A stretch of DNA of 63,677 nt, filler included, from Candidatus Woesearchaeota archaeon (GCA_964342845.1; 4 parts of 4 records of this genome joined end to end with filler, not necessarily neighbours in it), one strand, 5' to 3'. Shown: positions 1 to 10,279, counted from the whole stretch's first letter. The notes: a model not told the origin generated them from the letters alone. Program-made: numbers and translations.

Positions 1-2172
1 ATACTCTTCTTCTAAAACTTTTTTAATTTCTTCTGCTTTTTTCTTTCCTATTTTTTCAACTTTAGTTAGTTCTTTAGTGTTGATTATGTTTTTTATTGTT
101 TTAAATTCTTTTAATAATGATTTAGCTAAAGAAGCTCCTACTCCTGGTAAGGATTCTACTATGTATTCTTGTTGCTCTTTTAATGTTAAAGGTTTTCTTT
201 CTGTTCTTAATAAGAATTCTTTTGAAGGTTTTTCTTCTTTAGAAGCTATGACTTTTAATAGTGTAGCTGTTTCTTTGAAGTTTTTTGTTTTTAAGATTGG
301 TATTTGGTAGCTGATAGCTATAGTTGCTAACATTCCTTGGATTGCGTTAGGATGAATTCTTCTTACTGAAAAAATATCTTCATCTCCTTCCAAAATTAGT
401 AATGGTTTTTTGAAGTTTTCTTTTAGTTCTTTTAATTGTTTTAATAGTCTTCCATCTATTATTGAATCTGCAAAGTCTTGGATGCTTTTTCTTTCTACTC
501 CTATGTCTGAGATTATAAAGTCTGTTATTTGATTTTGTGTTTTTATGTCTATGTTTAAGTCTGTTAATTCTTTTAGGATTTGTGAACCTTTTTCTCTTGA
601 GTCTGCGTAGATGGTTATTTTTTCTTCTTTGAAATCTTTTAAAGTTGGTTGTTTTACTGTTTCTAGTTTTAGTTTTTCTTTTAAGTCTTTTAATGTTTTA
701 TACATTCTTTTTTCTTTGTGGTGGGCTACCCAGTGATAAGCTTCATCTCTTGTATTTTTTGTTATTAAGATTATTACTTTGCCTTTTTCTAGTCTTGCGG
801 TTCTTCCTCTTCTTTGGATTGCTCTTATTGCTGAAGGTACAGGTTCATAGAAGATTACTAAGTCTACAGCTGGAATATCTAATCCTTCTTCACCTATACT
901 TGTTGAAATAATTGTGTTATATTCTCCTTTACCAAATTTATCTAGAATTTCTATTTGTTCTTTTTGGTTTAAACCTATACCATCTTTTTTTTGTTGACCT
1001 ACGAATAGTTTTGCTTTTACGTTTTCTATTTGGTTTAGTTTTGTTTCTATTTCTTTTGCTGAATCTCTATATTGATTGAAAACTAAGATTTTTATGTCTT
1101 CTTTTATTTCTTTCTTTATTATTTCTTTTAGTTTTATTAATTTTGGGTGTTCTATATCTTTTTCTATTAATTCTTGTGTTAGAATGTATGCTGATTTGAA
1201 GTTTAGATCATTTGCTAGGTTTTTAACTGCTTTTGTTTTTGTTTTTTTTGCTTGTTCGTAAATTGTTTTTTGATATTTATGTAAAGATTTTATTCCTTGT
1301 GTTTCTAGCATTTCTAGTGCGTGTTGTGCTTTGATTGATTCTGCTGTTATGGAGATTCCTTGCCAGAGTCTTATGTCTCTTTCTCCTCTTGCTAGTTTTC
1401 CGTGTATTGTTCCTTGTAAGATTAAGAGTTGTTTTTTATTTACTAGGTCTTGTAATGAGCCTATGAATCCCCATTCTTTTAGTTTTGTTAGTTTAGATTT
1501 AAAGCAGTCTTTTAGATAGTTTTGAATTTTTTTGAAATTATCTGGTAGTTCTACGTTAATGAATTCTTTTTTTAGTTCTTGAATATAAGGTTTTACATCT
1601 GGGTCTTGTTCTGTTCTTACTTCTATTTCTTCTATTGATGCGTTATTGCAGATGTCTCTTATTGTTTGTAGGTCTGAACCTGGTGAAGCTGTTAGTCCTA
1701 TAATCCTTGGGTGTTTTGAGGTTTTATTATATTGCTTTGCTAGCCAGACATAATCATAGTTTTTAACTGCTCTGTGGATTTCATCTATTATTAAGCAAGA
1801 GGTTGTGCTTAAGTCTATTCTTTTGTTTATGATGTCATTTGTTATTGTTTGAGGTGTTGAAACTATTACTTGGGAGGTTTGCCAGAGAGTTTGTCTTTTT
1901 TTTGGAGGTGTTGAGCCTGTGAATAGTTCTATATTTTCTATATCTGTGTTGTTTTTAAATTCGTTTGTTATTTGAGATGCTAAAGGTTTTGTTGGGGTTA
2001 AGAAGAGAATTTTAGATGTTGGGTAAGAGTTTAGTCTTTGGACAGCTACTAGGATGGCTGTTTTAGTTTTCCCCATTCCTGTGGGAAGTGTTACTAGGGT
2101 GTGTTTGTTTATACAGGTGTTTAAGATTGTTTGTTGGTATAATCTTGGTTTGAAATTTTTTATGTTTGGCAT
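1..2172 (-). CDS. hef: Hef/FANCM-like DEAH helicase fused to ERCC4 nuclease (3' end runs off window; absent from ORF track)
   Basis: Read manually from ATG at 2172: MPNIKNFKPRLYQQ..., Walker A LPTGMGKT, DEIH box, GLTASPG, QRRGRTAR, and C-terminal ERKS..DFADSIIDGRL (ERCC4). Confidence 0.92.
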   Translation of the reverse strand, partial: MPNIKNFKPRLYQQTILNTCINKHTLVTLPTGMGKTKTAILVAVQRLNSYPTSKILFLTPTKPLASQITNEFKNNTDIENIELFTGSTPPKKRQTLWQTSQVIVSTPQTITNDIINKRIDLSTTSCLIIDEIHRAVKNYDYVWLAKQYNKTSKHPRIIGLTASPGSDLQTIRDICNNASIEEIEVRTEQDPDVKPYIQELKKEFINVELPDNFKKIQNYLKDCFKSKLTKLKEWGFIGSLQDLVNKKQLLILQGTIHGKLARGERDIRLWQGISITAESIKAQHALEMLETQGIKSLHKYQKTIYEQAKKTKTKAVKNLANDLNFKSAYILTQELIEKDIEHPKLIKLKEIIKKEIKEDIKILVFNQYRDSAKEIETKLNQIENVKAKLFVGQQKKDGIGLNQKEQIEILDKFGKGEYNTIISTSIGEEGLDIPAVDLVIFYEPVPSAIRAIQRRGRTARLEKGKVIILITKNTRDEAYHWVAHHKEKRMYKTLKDLKEKLKLETVKQPTLKDFKEEKITIYADSREKGSQILKELTDLNIDIKTQNQITDFIISDIGVERKSIQDFADSIIDGRLLKQLKELKENFKKPLLILEGDEDIFSVRRIHPNAIQGMLATIAISYQIPILKTKNFKETATLLKVIASKEEKPSKEFLLRTERKPLTLKEQQEYIVESLPGVGASLAKSLLKEFKTIKNIINTKELTKVEKIGKKKAEEIKKVLEEEY

Positions 2173-2241
2173 TTAGAAGGGAATGTTTAGTTGTTTTTAT
2201 AGGTTTGGGAGTTTGTTAAAGAAAGCTTTGTTAAGTTTAAC

Positions 2242-2583
2242 TTAAGAATCCAAAACTAAATTAGTAACCCTTTGCCAATACCTTCTCATTATCCCTCTAT
2301 CATCTCCTTTTTTTTCATAAAATTGTTTAAAACAAGAGGGGTGCATGGAAAGACCATGGTAACGCCTTAGTTGTTGTGGGTTCGGAATTACTTCATTACA
2401 TTCATTACATTTTGGAACTTTGTCCTCACTCCACCAACCGTTTTTGTCTCTATATTCTAACATCCGTTCCAAATACAATTGGGCAAAATCTTTATCAGGA
2501 AGTTCTACAATTCTTTTATAATCTAGAGCCCTTCCTACTTGTGGAAATACTGGATTTTCTATAATAAACTCGTCAATTACCAC
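2242..2583 (-). CDS. Hypothetical protein with possible Zn-binding CxxC...HxxC motif
   Basis: 113-aa ORF containing CNEC and HPSC; TATA-like element upstream. Confidence 0.6.
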   Translation of the reverse strand: MVIDEFIIENPVFPQVGRALDYKRIVELPDKDFAQLYLERMLEYRDKNGWWSEDKVPKCNECNEVIPNPQQLRRYHGLSMHPSCFKQFYEKKGDDRGIMRRYWQRVTNLVLDS

Positions 2584-2678
2584 GAATTAGGAAAAGGAGA
2601 AGAATATTAAAAGGTTTCGGATATTTGGCAAACATATTAAGGAGATAGATTTATAAATAACCCTAACATCTATATATT

Positions 2679-3056
2679 ATGAAGTTTTTAAGAGCAATAT
2701 TAATTGGAGCTTTACTTTGGGTATTAATTTTTGTTGAGTGGTCTATTTTAATTTTTGCTCCTGTTTTGAAAGATTTAGGGAATTGGCAGTTTTTAATCCA
2801 TTATATTGTTTTAATTCCGATTGTGATTTTTGGAGCTTCTTATTATTATAAAAGTAAAGATAAGGTTAATGGTTTTCTGCTAGGAACTGTTATGTTGGTA
2901 ACAGGATTAGTTCTTGATGCAATTATAACTGTGCCTTTATTTGTAGGTCCTCAAGGAGTAACTTATTCGGAATTCTTTTTCTCTCTTTTGATGTTGATAG
3001 GATATGCAGAGTTTCTTTTGATTTCAGGATTTTATTGGATGAAGAAAGTTAAGTAA
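2679..3056 (+). CDS. Small 4-TM membrane protein
   Basis: Four hydrophobic segments; TTTATAAA box about 20 nt upstream. Confidence 0.75.
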   Translation: MKFLRAILIGALLWVLIFVEWSILIFAPVLKDLGNWQFLIHYIVLIPIVIFGASYYYKSKDKVNGFLLGTVMLVTGLVLDAIITVPLFVGPQGVTYSEFFFSLLMLIGYAEFLLISGFYWMKKVK

Positions 3057-3089
3057 ACTATTTAAACGATAATAAAAAAGATTTAAATT

Positions 3090-4301
3090 ATGGAGAAGAG
3101 GTTTTTAATTTTAATTATTGGTCTTTTGATTTTGTCTGGTTGTGATCAAACTACTGAGACAATAGATAGAATTGAGATAGGGAGTAATATACATCTTGCT
3201 TCTAGGCTACCTATTTCTGCGACAGACTTTCAAGTTGATTTTCTTAATGAGTATTATGATTATGTGATGCCTACTGAATTGTATCATGAGATTAGAGAGA
3301 GGATACAAGGACCTAAAATAATACTTTATCATTCAATCAGAGGTAGTTGGCCAAATTCTAATGCTTTTGATTGGGATCATTTAGATGCTAATGAAAATAT
3401 GTTTTGTCATAAGGATGGAGAGAGGATATTTTCTGTTTATGATTCTTGGCTGATGAATGTTGGTGATTTGGTTGATGCTGATGACTCAGATGCTTTAGAC
3501 CATTGGGTGAATTATTTTGCTGTGACTTCTGCTGAACAAGTTTATGAGTATGGTTATGATGGATTGTATATTGATGAAGCTACTCCAGGATTTTCTAGTG
3601 GTTCTGTTAATGATGTGATTCCTGATGATTGTTCTGTTGAAGATTGGCAAGAAAATATATATGAAGATATAGAATTTATTAAGTCTTATTTACCTGATAA
3701 AATTTTAATATTTAATGGATTGCATCATCCTGAATATGATCCAGATTATATGTTTGATTTTGCTGATGGAGGTTTAGTAGATTCTTTTACATTTAAAGAA
3801 GATGGAACATATAGGGGAGAAGAGAATTGGAAGGAGATAGTGGAGTTAGTTGAAGCGAATAAAGAACAAGAGTTGATTGCTATTACTGCAAAGATGGATG
3901 ATATAGCAAGAAAGGTTGATGAGAGGATGTTTGTGTTTTCTACTTATCTTTTGCTTACTAATGATAATATGGTTATTAGTATGTCGGATGCTGGTCTTGA
4001 TTTGGATACTTTATATTTTTATCCAGAGTATCAAGTTGAATTAGGAGATCCTTTAGATAATTATAAGGTAGAAGACGGGTTTTATAAGAGGGAGTTTGAA
4101 AAAGGTGTTGTTTTGGTAAATCCTAGTGAAACAGAAACCTTTGTTTATAATTTAGGTATGAGTTATAATAAGGTGGTTCCATCTGGTGGAGGTTTGCTGG
4201 CAGAGATTTATGCTGAACTTGATTTAGGTTCACTTGATTATGAATCTGTTTCAGATGTTGTGTTAGACCCTGTTAGTGCTGTTGTTTTGGTAGCTGTTTA
4301 A
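3090..4301 (+). CDS. Acidic lipoprotein, putative TIM-barrel glycoside hydrolase-like
   Basis: Lipobox LILSGC; YGYDGLYIDE motif; C-terminal YKREFEKGVVLVNP typical of putative GH-like proteins. Confidence 0.6.
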   Translation: MEKRFLILIIGLLILSGCDQTTETIDRIEIGSNIHLASRLPISATDFQVDFLNEYYDYVMPTELYHEIRERIQGPKIILYHSIRGSWPNSNAFDWDHLDANENMFCHKDGERIFSVYDSWLMNVGDLVDADDSDALDHWVNYFAVTSAEQVYEYGYDGLYIDEATPGFSSGSVNDVIPDDCSVEDWQENIYEDIEFIKSYLPDKILIFNGLHHPEYDPDYMFDFADGGLVDSFTFKEDGTYRGEENWKEIVELVEANKEQELIAITAKMDDIARKVDERMFVFSTYLLLTNDNMVISMSDAGLDLDTLYFYPEYQVELGDPLDNYKVEDGFYKREFEKGVVLVNPSETETFVYNLGMSYNKVVPSGGGLLAEIYAELDLGSLDYESVSDVVLDPVSAVVLVAV

Positions 4302-4821
4302 GAATTTTATCTATTATTTCTTTTACATTTAGTTTTGAAGTGTCTATGATAATATCATAATTTTCTTTTTTGTAAGGGTTTAGGTTGTAGTACTTTTTGT
4401 ATCTTTTTGTTTCTGAGAGTTCTCTTCTTTTTATTTTTTTGATAATTTCTTTTAAGGTTTTTGTTTGTTCTTCTTTTCTTAGGTCTTTCTTGATATCTTT
4501 ATATATTCTTTTAGATCTTACTTCTAAACTAGCATCTAAAAATATTTTTATTGAGTTTGGAATAAAATGGAAAGATAGTCTTCCGTCGATAATGAAGTTA
4601 TCTTTGTTTTTTAATTGAATTTGTTTTTTGTCTAAGATTTTATCTATTTTATTATCTTTTTCAGCTATTTTTCCTAGTTCTTGTAAAGAGATTTTTCTCT
4701 CTTTTGCTATTTCTCTCATAAAATCTCCAATAGAATAGTGTTTTAGATTTAATTTTTTAGCTAGAATCTTTGCTATTGTTGACTTTCCTGAACCTGCTGT
4801 GCCAGAAATTGTTATTTTCAT
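4273..4821 (-). CDS. cmk: Cytidylate kinase (archaeal type)
   Basis: ITISGTAGSGKST, SIGDFMR, IIDGRLS, IIDTS motifs. Confidence 0.9.
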   Translation of the reverse strand: MKITISGTAGSGKSTIAKILAKKLNLKHYSIGDFMREIAKERKISLQELGKIAEKDNKIDKILDKKQIQLKNKDNFIIDGRLSFHFIPNSIKIFLDASLEVRSKRIYKDIKKDLRKEEQTKTLKEIIKKIKRRELSETKRYKKYYNLNPYKKENYDIIIDTSKLNVKEIIDKILKQLPKQQH

Positions 4822-4892
4822 GTATTTTATTTTTTTTGAAAGTTTAAATAGTTTAGGAAATATTTATATAGTCTTTTTAAATTAATATTAAA

Positions 4893-5615
4893 ATGGAAGT
4901 TTTACTTTTAATAATCCTGAGTACTTTTTTTGTTAGTTTGCTTTCTTTTGTAGGGATATTAACTTTATTAATTAAGCGAAGGGTTCTTGAGAAGGTTTTG
5001 TTATCTTTGGTTTCTTTAAGTGCTGGTGCTTTGATAGGTGGGGCTTTTTTTCATTTGATACCTGAGGCTTTAGAAATTTCTTCTAATGTTTTTGTTTATG
5101 TTTTAGTTGGTTTTATTTTGTTTTTTCTTGTTGAAAAGGTGTTGGGCTGGAGACATTGCCATAAAGAAGGGTGTGAAGTTCATACTTTTGCTTATATGAA
5201 TTTGTTTGGAGGGAGTGTTCATAATTTTATTGATGGTTTGATTATAGCTGCTAGTTTTGTTATTGATGTAGGGTTGGGATTTGTTACAACTTTAGCTGTT
5301 GTTTTACACGAGATACCACAAGAGCTTGGAGATTTTGGTGTGTTGGTCTATGCAGGTTTTAATAAAAAGAAGGCGTTGTTATTGAATTTTTTTACTGCTT
5401 TAGTTGCTTTAGTTGGTGGTGTAGTTGGATATTTTATTTTTGGTTATTTTGAAGGATTTATGGTATTTTTGTTAGCATTTGCAGCTGGAGGTTTTATTTA
5501 TATAGCTGCTAGTGATTTAATACCTGAAATTAGGAAGGAAGTTAGGTTTAAGAAGTCTTTGTTGAATTTTGTTGTTTTTATTTTAGGTGTTTTGATTATG
5601 TATTTTATAGGATAG
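4893..5615 (+). CDS. ZIP family metal (Zn) transporter
   Basis: HNFIDG, HEIPQELGDF and His-rich loop RHCHK. Confidence 0.92.
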   Translation: MEVLLLIILSTFFVSLLSFVGILTLLIKRRVLEKVLLSLVSLSAGALIGGAFFHLIPEALEISSNVFVYVLVGFILFFLVEKVLGWRHCHKEGCEVHTFAYMNLFGGSVHNFIDGLIIAASFVIDVGLGFVTTLAVVLHEIPQELGDFGVLVYAGFNKKKALLLNFFTALVALVGGVVGYFIFGYFEGFMVFLLAFAAGGFIYIAASDLIPEIRKEVRFKKSLLNFVVFILGVLIMYFIG

Positions 5616-5646
5616 ATTTATAAAAACTAAATTATTCTTTTTCTGA

Positions 5647-5907
5647 ATGTTATTTGTATTAGGAATACTGGATATTTTGGCTGGATTGAGTTTGTTTTTG
5701 TTAAAGTTCGGTTTATTTGAATTTGCTGGCTATGTTTTTGCTGGTTATTTGTTTGTTAAAAGTTTGGTATTTTTCTCTCCAGCTAGTTTAGTTGATTTAG
5801 TTTCAGGGATTTTAATTATATTTGCTGTTTTTGGGTATTTTTCTTTTTTTAGTTATGTGGCTATTTTTTGGCTAATTCAGAAAGGGGTCTTTAGTTTATT
5901 TGTTTAA
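5647..5907 (+). CDS. Small membrane protein
   Basis: 86-aa hydrophobic ORF with host-like codon usage. Confidence 0.65.
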   Translation: MLFVLGILDILAGLSLFLLKFGLFEFAGYVFAGYLFVKSLVFFSPASLVDLVSGILIIFAVFGYFSFFSYVAIFWLIQKGVFSLFV

Positions 5908-6630
5908 ATTGTAGAAGTAAATTAATCCTATAATTATTGCTATTATTAAAGATGATAAGATAGTTAGTAAGATGCTTCCTGAGTTGATTAAGAAATATGA
6001 GATTATTATGAAAACTAGTGACATTACATAGAGTACTCTTGAACCAAATAATACTTGAATTCCGTTTAATGACGGGAAAGGTAGCATTGTAAAGATTGCT
6101 AGAGAAATATTTACTGCTATTAGTCTTGAGAGTTCTATGTTAATTAAAGATGCTAGTATTGCAAATATAAATGCTAGAATTAGGTTTGCTAATGAACCTG
6201 ATAGAGCGATTAGACCTTGTTCATAGTCGTCTAGTTTTGGGAATTTCTTTTTTAGTTTTGGAAGTGTTTGTTTTATTTCTGCTCCGAAAACGCCTGTGAA
6301 TTTTATATAACCAAAAGAGTAGAATGATAGAAATAAAGATAAAATGTAACCTAGTGGTATTGCTCTCTTTAGTCTTGAACCTCTTGTGAACCAAAGTTGT
6401 TTTGCTTTCCAGATTATTAGTGTAGAGGAAGCACCTAACTTTTTTGCTATTATTTTTTGTGTTAATGCGTGGATTGCTATAGAGAAAACGAAGATTAAGA
6501 TGTAAAGTAGCCAGTTAGTTGTTCCTATTATTGGACTAAATTCTTCTGTTCCCCATTCTCTAAATGAGAATATAAATCCTAGAATTAAGGATGTATATAT
6601 TAAGTATTTTATTTCTGTTTTGTTAAACAT
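5896..6630 (-). CDS. M50/S2P-like membrane protein with degenerate catalytic motifs
   Basis: IHALTQ in place of HExxH; ALSGSLAN; TMLPFPSLNG in place of NLLPxxPLDG. Confidence 0.65.
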   Translation of the reverse strand: MFNKTEIKYLIYTSLILGFIFSFREWGTEEFSPIIGTTNWLLYILIFVFSIAIHALTQKIIAKKLGASSTLIIWKAKQLWFTRGSRLKRAIPLGYILSLFLSFYSFGYIKFTGVFGAEIKQTLPKLKKKFPKLDDYEQGLIALSGSLANLILAFIFAILASLINIELSRLIAVNISLAIFTMLPFPSLNGIQVLFGSRVLYVMSLVFIIISYFLINSGSILLTILSSLIIAIIIGLIYFYNLNK

Positions 6631-7273
6631 CTTTTTTTATTATATTTATAATAGCTTGTTCATGGCCAGCACCAACAACTGCTATTATTTGTTCATCTTT
6701 ATATTTATGCATTAGGGTTTTTAAGTTTTTTGCCATTATCTCGTTTCTTTCTTTTATTAGGACGTTATAGACAGAAGGATATCTTTTTTTGACTTTTTTT
6801 AGTATTTTGTTTATAATTTTTTGGCTTGGTACTTTTCTGATGTCAAATCTAATGTCTGATTTTCTTAATATCATGCCTTTAAATAGGTCTGCTATGAATC
6901 TTAGTTTTTCTTTAAATGTTATTTGTTTTATTAGTTTTTTTAAGGTTATTCTTATATCTTGGTCTATTAAGGAGATTTTGATTTTGTGTTTTTTTGCTAG
7001 TTGGATTGCTTTTTTCATTTCTGAGCCTGGGGCACTTTTTGTATATTTTCCTAGTTTTTTTTCAATATATGAGCCTATTAGGTTAAGTAAATGCATTTTA
7101 GGGCTTAAACCCTTAACTTTTCCTTTTTGTTTCTGTAAGTTACGGAATCTTAAAGGATCTAGCTCTATGGCTATGATTTCTGGTTTTATTTCTAGGATAT
7201 TTTCTTCTACTTCTTTTACAGAGTCTTTAGAAATATGTGATGTGCCTATTATTGTTAGATTTTTATATCTCAT
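6623..7273 (-). CDS. TraB/PrgY (pheromone-shutdown-like) family protein
   Basis: IIGTSH, IAIELD, PGSEM, ERNEIMA, AVVGAGH motifs. Confidence 0.88.
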   Translation of the reverse strand: MRYKNLTIIGTSHISKDSVKEVEENILEIKPEIIAIELDPLRFRNLQKQKGKVKGLSPKMHLLNLIGSYIEKKLGKYTKSAPGSEMKKAIQLAKKHKIKISLIDQDIRITLKKLIKQITFKEKLRFIADLFKGMILRKSDIRFDIRKVPSQKIINKILKKVKKRYPSVYNVLIKERNEIMAKNLKTLMHKYKDEQIIAVVGAGHEQAIINIIKKDV

Positions 7274-7330
7274 ACAGTTTAGAAAAGTATATAAATTTAA
7301 AATGGTTTCTATTTTTGAGGTGGATTCAAT

Positions 7331-7597
7331 ATGTTAAAAACAAAACTAATAAATGAAATTTACGAGATGCCGGTTTATACAGATGAAGGAACTTATTTTG
7401 GAGATATAGAAGAAGCAATCTTGGTTGCTAATAAAGTGTTTGGTTGGAGAATTAAGGCGAGTAAAGCTTCTCATTTGGGTAAAAGCTTTTCTGGTAAAGG
7501 TGTTATAATTCCACATAGGTTGGTTAAATCTATTGGGGATGTTATGTTGATTAGCAAAGTAAATTTACCCTCTTTTGAAGGTGAGGCTACAGAATAG
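7331..7597 (+). CDS. PRC-barrel protein (CdpB-like)
   Basis: VYTDEGTYFGDI...IIPHRLVKSIGDVMLI PRC-barrel pattern. Confidence 0.8.
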   Translation: MLKTKLINEIYEMPVYTDEGTYFGDIEEAILVANKVFGWRIKASKASHLGKSFSGKGVIIPHRLVKSIGDVMLISKVNLPSFEGEATE

Positions 7598-7645
7598 TTT
7601 TTTTATAGAAACTTTTAAATACTCTTTATTTCATTTTATAAAATT

Positions 7646-8206
7646 ATGGCGAGTGCTTTAGAAGGTGCAATAGATTTTTTTAAGGAATTAGGGCTGTTTG
7701 ATGTAGTGTTGCCTTTTATTTTAGTTTTTACTTTGATTTTTGCTATTTTAGAGAAAACTATGATTCTGGGTGTTGAGAAAGGAGACGTTCCTAAGAAAAA
7801 TTTGAATGCTATGGTTGCTTTTGTTGTTGCTTTGCTCGTTGTTGCTGCTACTAATATTATTGGTGCGATAAATACTGCTTTGCCTCAGGTTGTTTTATTG
7901 ATGGTGATTAGTATTTCTTTTTTGTTATTGTTAGGTGTATTTTGGAAAACAGGAGAATCTAATTTTTTGGATACTCATAAGTGGTTTTATTGGCCTTTTA
8001 GTATTTTCTTTTTATTAGCTATTATTTGGATATTTTTAGGGGTTTTTGATAAGACTCCTGGTTATAGTTATAGGACTTATATTTGGGATTATGTTTTATA
8101 TAATTGGAGCGGTACTGTTTTTAGTTCTTTATTAATTTTGGTTGTTATTTTAGGAGTTATTTTCTTTGTTGTAAGGACACCAAGTGGAGGTAAGGATAAT
8201 GGTTGA
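7646..8206 (+). CDS. Multi-pass membrane protein, paralogue 1 of 3
   Basis: GLFDVVLPFILVFTLIFAILEKT...NAMVAFVVAL motif shared with the next two genes. Confidence 0.8.
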   Translation: MASALEGAIDFFKELGLFDVVLPFILVFTLIFAILEKTMILGVEKGDVPKKNLNAMVAFVVALLVVAATNIIGAINTALPQVVLLMVISISFLLLLGVFWKTGESNFLDTHKWFYWPFSIFFLLAIIWIFLGVFDKTPGYSYRTYIWDYVLYNWSGTVFSSLLILVVILGVIFFVVRTPSGGKDNG

Positions 8207-8744
8207 TTTTTATAGTATGATTTCGGATTTGCAGAATGCAGGGTTTTTTGATATTTTGTTACCTATGTTGTTGGTATTTGTTATTATTTTCGCTACTTTA
8301 GAGAAGACTAAAATTTTTGGTACTTTAAATGAAAAGCCAAGAACTAATATAAATACTATTGTAGCTATAATTATTGCTTTAGTTGTTATTGTTCAGTTTG
8401 ATTTGATTTATATTATGAATCTTTATTTGAGTAAGATGGCTTTATTTATTATAATTGCTTTAATATTTATGTTGACTCTTGGAATTTTTGGTGCAGATCC
8501 TGCAAAAGGATTTTCAGGAATAATGTTAATACTGGCCGTAGTTGTTTCTTTGATTGCTGTGTTTTGGGCTTTGAGTCCAAGTATGGGGTTTGAATTACCT
8601 TATTGGTTGTATTTGAGTGATGAGGCTATTAGTTGGTTGTTGGCTATTGGATTTTTTGTTTTAGTTATAGTGTTTGTTAATTATAAACCAAAAACGCCAG
8701 GATTTACTGAGAAGTTGACTAAAGCTATAAAAGGTTTAGAATAA
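8199..8744 (+). CDS. Multi-pass membrane protein, paralogue 2 of 3 (start moved to ATG 8199 after GGAGGT)
   Basis: GFFDILLPMLLVFVIIFATLEKT...NTIVAIIIAL. Confidence 0.8.
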   Translation: MVDFYSMISDLQNAGFFDILLPMLLVFVIIFATLEKTKIFGTLNEKPRTNINTIVAIIIALVVIVQFDLIYIMNLYLSKMALFIIIALIFMLTLGIFGADPAKGFSGIMLILAVVVSLIAVFWALSPSMGFELPYWLYLSDEAISWLLAIGFFVLVIVFVNYKPKTPGFTEKLTKAIKGLE

Positions 8745-8745
8745 G

Positions 8746-9270
8746 ATGGCAACGTTTTTAGATATAGGATTATTGGAACACTTTTTGCCAGTTTTTAGTT
8801 TTTTGTTAATATTAGTTGTTTGTTATGCTATTTTGAAGAAAACAGAGCTTTTAGGTTCTAATAATGGTTTGATGTGGGTTGCTAGTTTTTCTGTTGCTTT
8901 TTTAGCTTTATTTTCAGGTAGTTCTATTGAACTGATAGCATTGTTAACTCCTTGGTTTGTTGTTATGTTTATATTTTTATTTTTGCTTTTTATGATTTTG
9001 ATATTTTGGGGTGTGGATGAGAAAAAAGTGCTAGGTGAGGTTGGTGGACCCACTGTTTTGCTTGTTATTAGTATATTGATGTTGATTATAGGAATTTCTA
9101 ATGTTTTTGGTGATGTTTTTAGTCCTTATGGTGAAGAAGGAGAGCAAGATATACCGAGTGAAACAATGGAGACAATCTTTCATCCAAGAATATTGGGGGC
9201 TATTTTCATTTTATTAGTAGCTGCATTTACTGTTAATTTCATACCAAGAATAGATAAAGTGGCTAAATGA
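8746..9270 (+). CDS. Multi-pass membrane protein, paralogue 3 of 3
   Basis: GLLEHFLPVFSFLLILVVCYAILKKT. Confidence 0.78.
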   Translation: MATFLDIGLLEHFLPVFSFLLILVVCYAILKKTELLGSNNGLMWVASFSVAFLALFSGSSIELIALLTPWFVVMFIFLFLLFMILIFWGVDEKKVLGEVGGPTVLLVISILMLIIGISNVFGDVFSPYGEEGEQDIPSETMETIFHPRILGAIFILLVAAFTVNFIPRIDKVAK

Positions 9271-9834
9271 CTATTTTTTTAAATTTTCTGTTATTTTTTT
9301 AAGCTCTTTTATGCTTGTTGTTAGTGGTTCTAGTATTTTCTCAAATACCTTTTCTAGTGTTTTAATTTCTGTGTTTACTGATTCCATTGTTTTACTATAT
9401 TCTGTTACTTTTTTGAGAACTGCTGATTCTAAGTTCAAGAATCTATGGTTTGTTCTAATTAATTCTTGTTTTACTGATGCTAAATGTATTTCTAATTTTT
9501 CTTTCCAAATCTGAATATCTCCTGTTTTTTCTTTGAAGTCTTGCCATTTTTCTTGAATAATTGATTCTGCAATTTCTTCTATTCTTTCTATTGTTTCTCT
9601 GCCTTCTAATATTGGTGGGGCAGACATTTTTAGAGGAGTTATTTCTTCAGTAGGACTAGGAAAGCTTGGACCCTGAGGTGTAGGAGAAGGCGGAGGAGGC
9701 ATAGGTCTTGTAGCAGGAGAAGGTGGTAATGGTGCTATTTCTTCTTTTTCTGGTTTTGGGACTTCTAGCTGAGGAGAAGCCTCTTTTTTAAGATCTTCAA
9801 CATTAAATTTAGGTGGTTGATTTTCGTCTGCCAT
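9271..9834 (-). CDS. Pro-rich N-terminus plus coiled-coil protein (start MADENQPP)
   Basis: GAGGT RBS before ATG 9834; Pro-rich tract followed by ERIEEIAESIIQEKW and heptad pattern. Confidence 0.75.
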   Translation of the reverse strand: MADENQPPKFNVEDLKKEASPQLEVPKPEKEEIAPLPPSPATRPMPPPPSPTPQGPSFPSPTEEITPLKMSAPPILEGRETIERIEEIAESIIQEKWQDFKEKTGDIQIWKEKLEIHLASVKQELIRTNHRFLNLESAVLKKVTEYSKTMESVNTEIKTLEKVFEKILEPLTTSIKELKKITENLKK

Positions 9835-10198
9835 GTTTACCTCTTTTTTTGTGTTCTTCAATAATATTTACTACTTCTTTTTCTGTTACGAAGTTTAATG
9901 GATTCCACATATTAATATATTTTTCTAAAACTTTTACGCTATCTTTTCTTGCAAAAAATTCTAATTCTTTTGTTATGTGTCTTAATATTTCTTTTATTTC
10001 GAATAAATCCTTTTTAAATTCTTTTATTTCTTCTTCTGTTGATCGAACGTTTTCTGTTATTTTTTTGTAACCATCAATCATGTTTTGGTTAATTACTAAA
10101 GCTCTTTCTCTCATTAGACTGTTTTTACTTTCTAAAAGTCTTATTCTTGACTGAATTTCAGACATTAAATCGGTTTGCGTGTATTGTTGTTCTGCCAT
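9809..10198 (-). CDS. Coiled-coil protein
   Basis: Heptad pattern with C-terminal LEKYINMWNPLNFVT; overlaps the next gene as an operon. Confidence 0.75.
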   Translation of the reverse strand: MAEQQYTQTDLMSEIQSRIRLLESKNSLMRERALVINQNMIDGYKKITENVRSTEEEIKEFKKDLFEIKEILRHITKELEFFARKDSVKVLEKYINMWNPLNFVTEKEVVNIIEEHKKRGKHGRRKSTT

Positions 10199-10279
10199 TT
10201 TGAAACGAAAGTTTTAATATTATGTTTATTTATTAATATGATGTGTAATAAAATTTGTGTTGTTTAGTGGGAGTGGTAT

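Noticed and set aside
77..1519. Short plus-strand ORFs (77-310, 645-911, 1076-1261, 1331-1519)
   Set aside because: Antisense shadows of hef; the same applies to the many Phe/Ser/Leu-rich ORFs opposite other long genes
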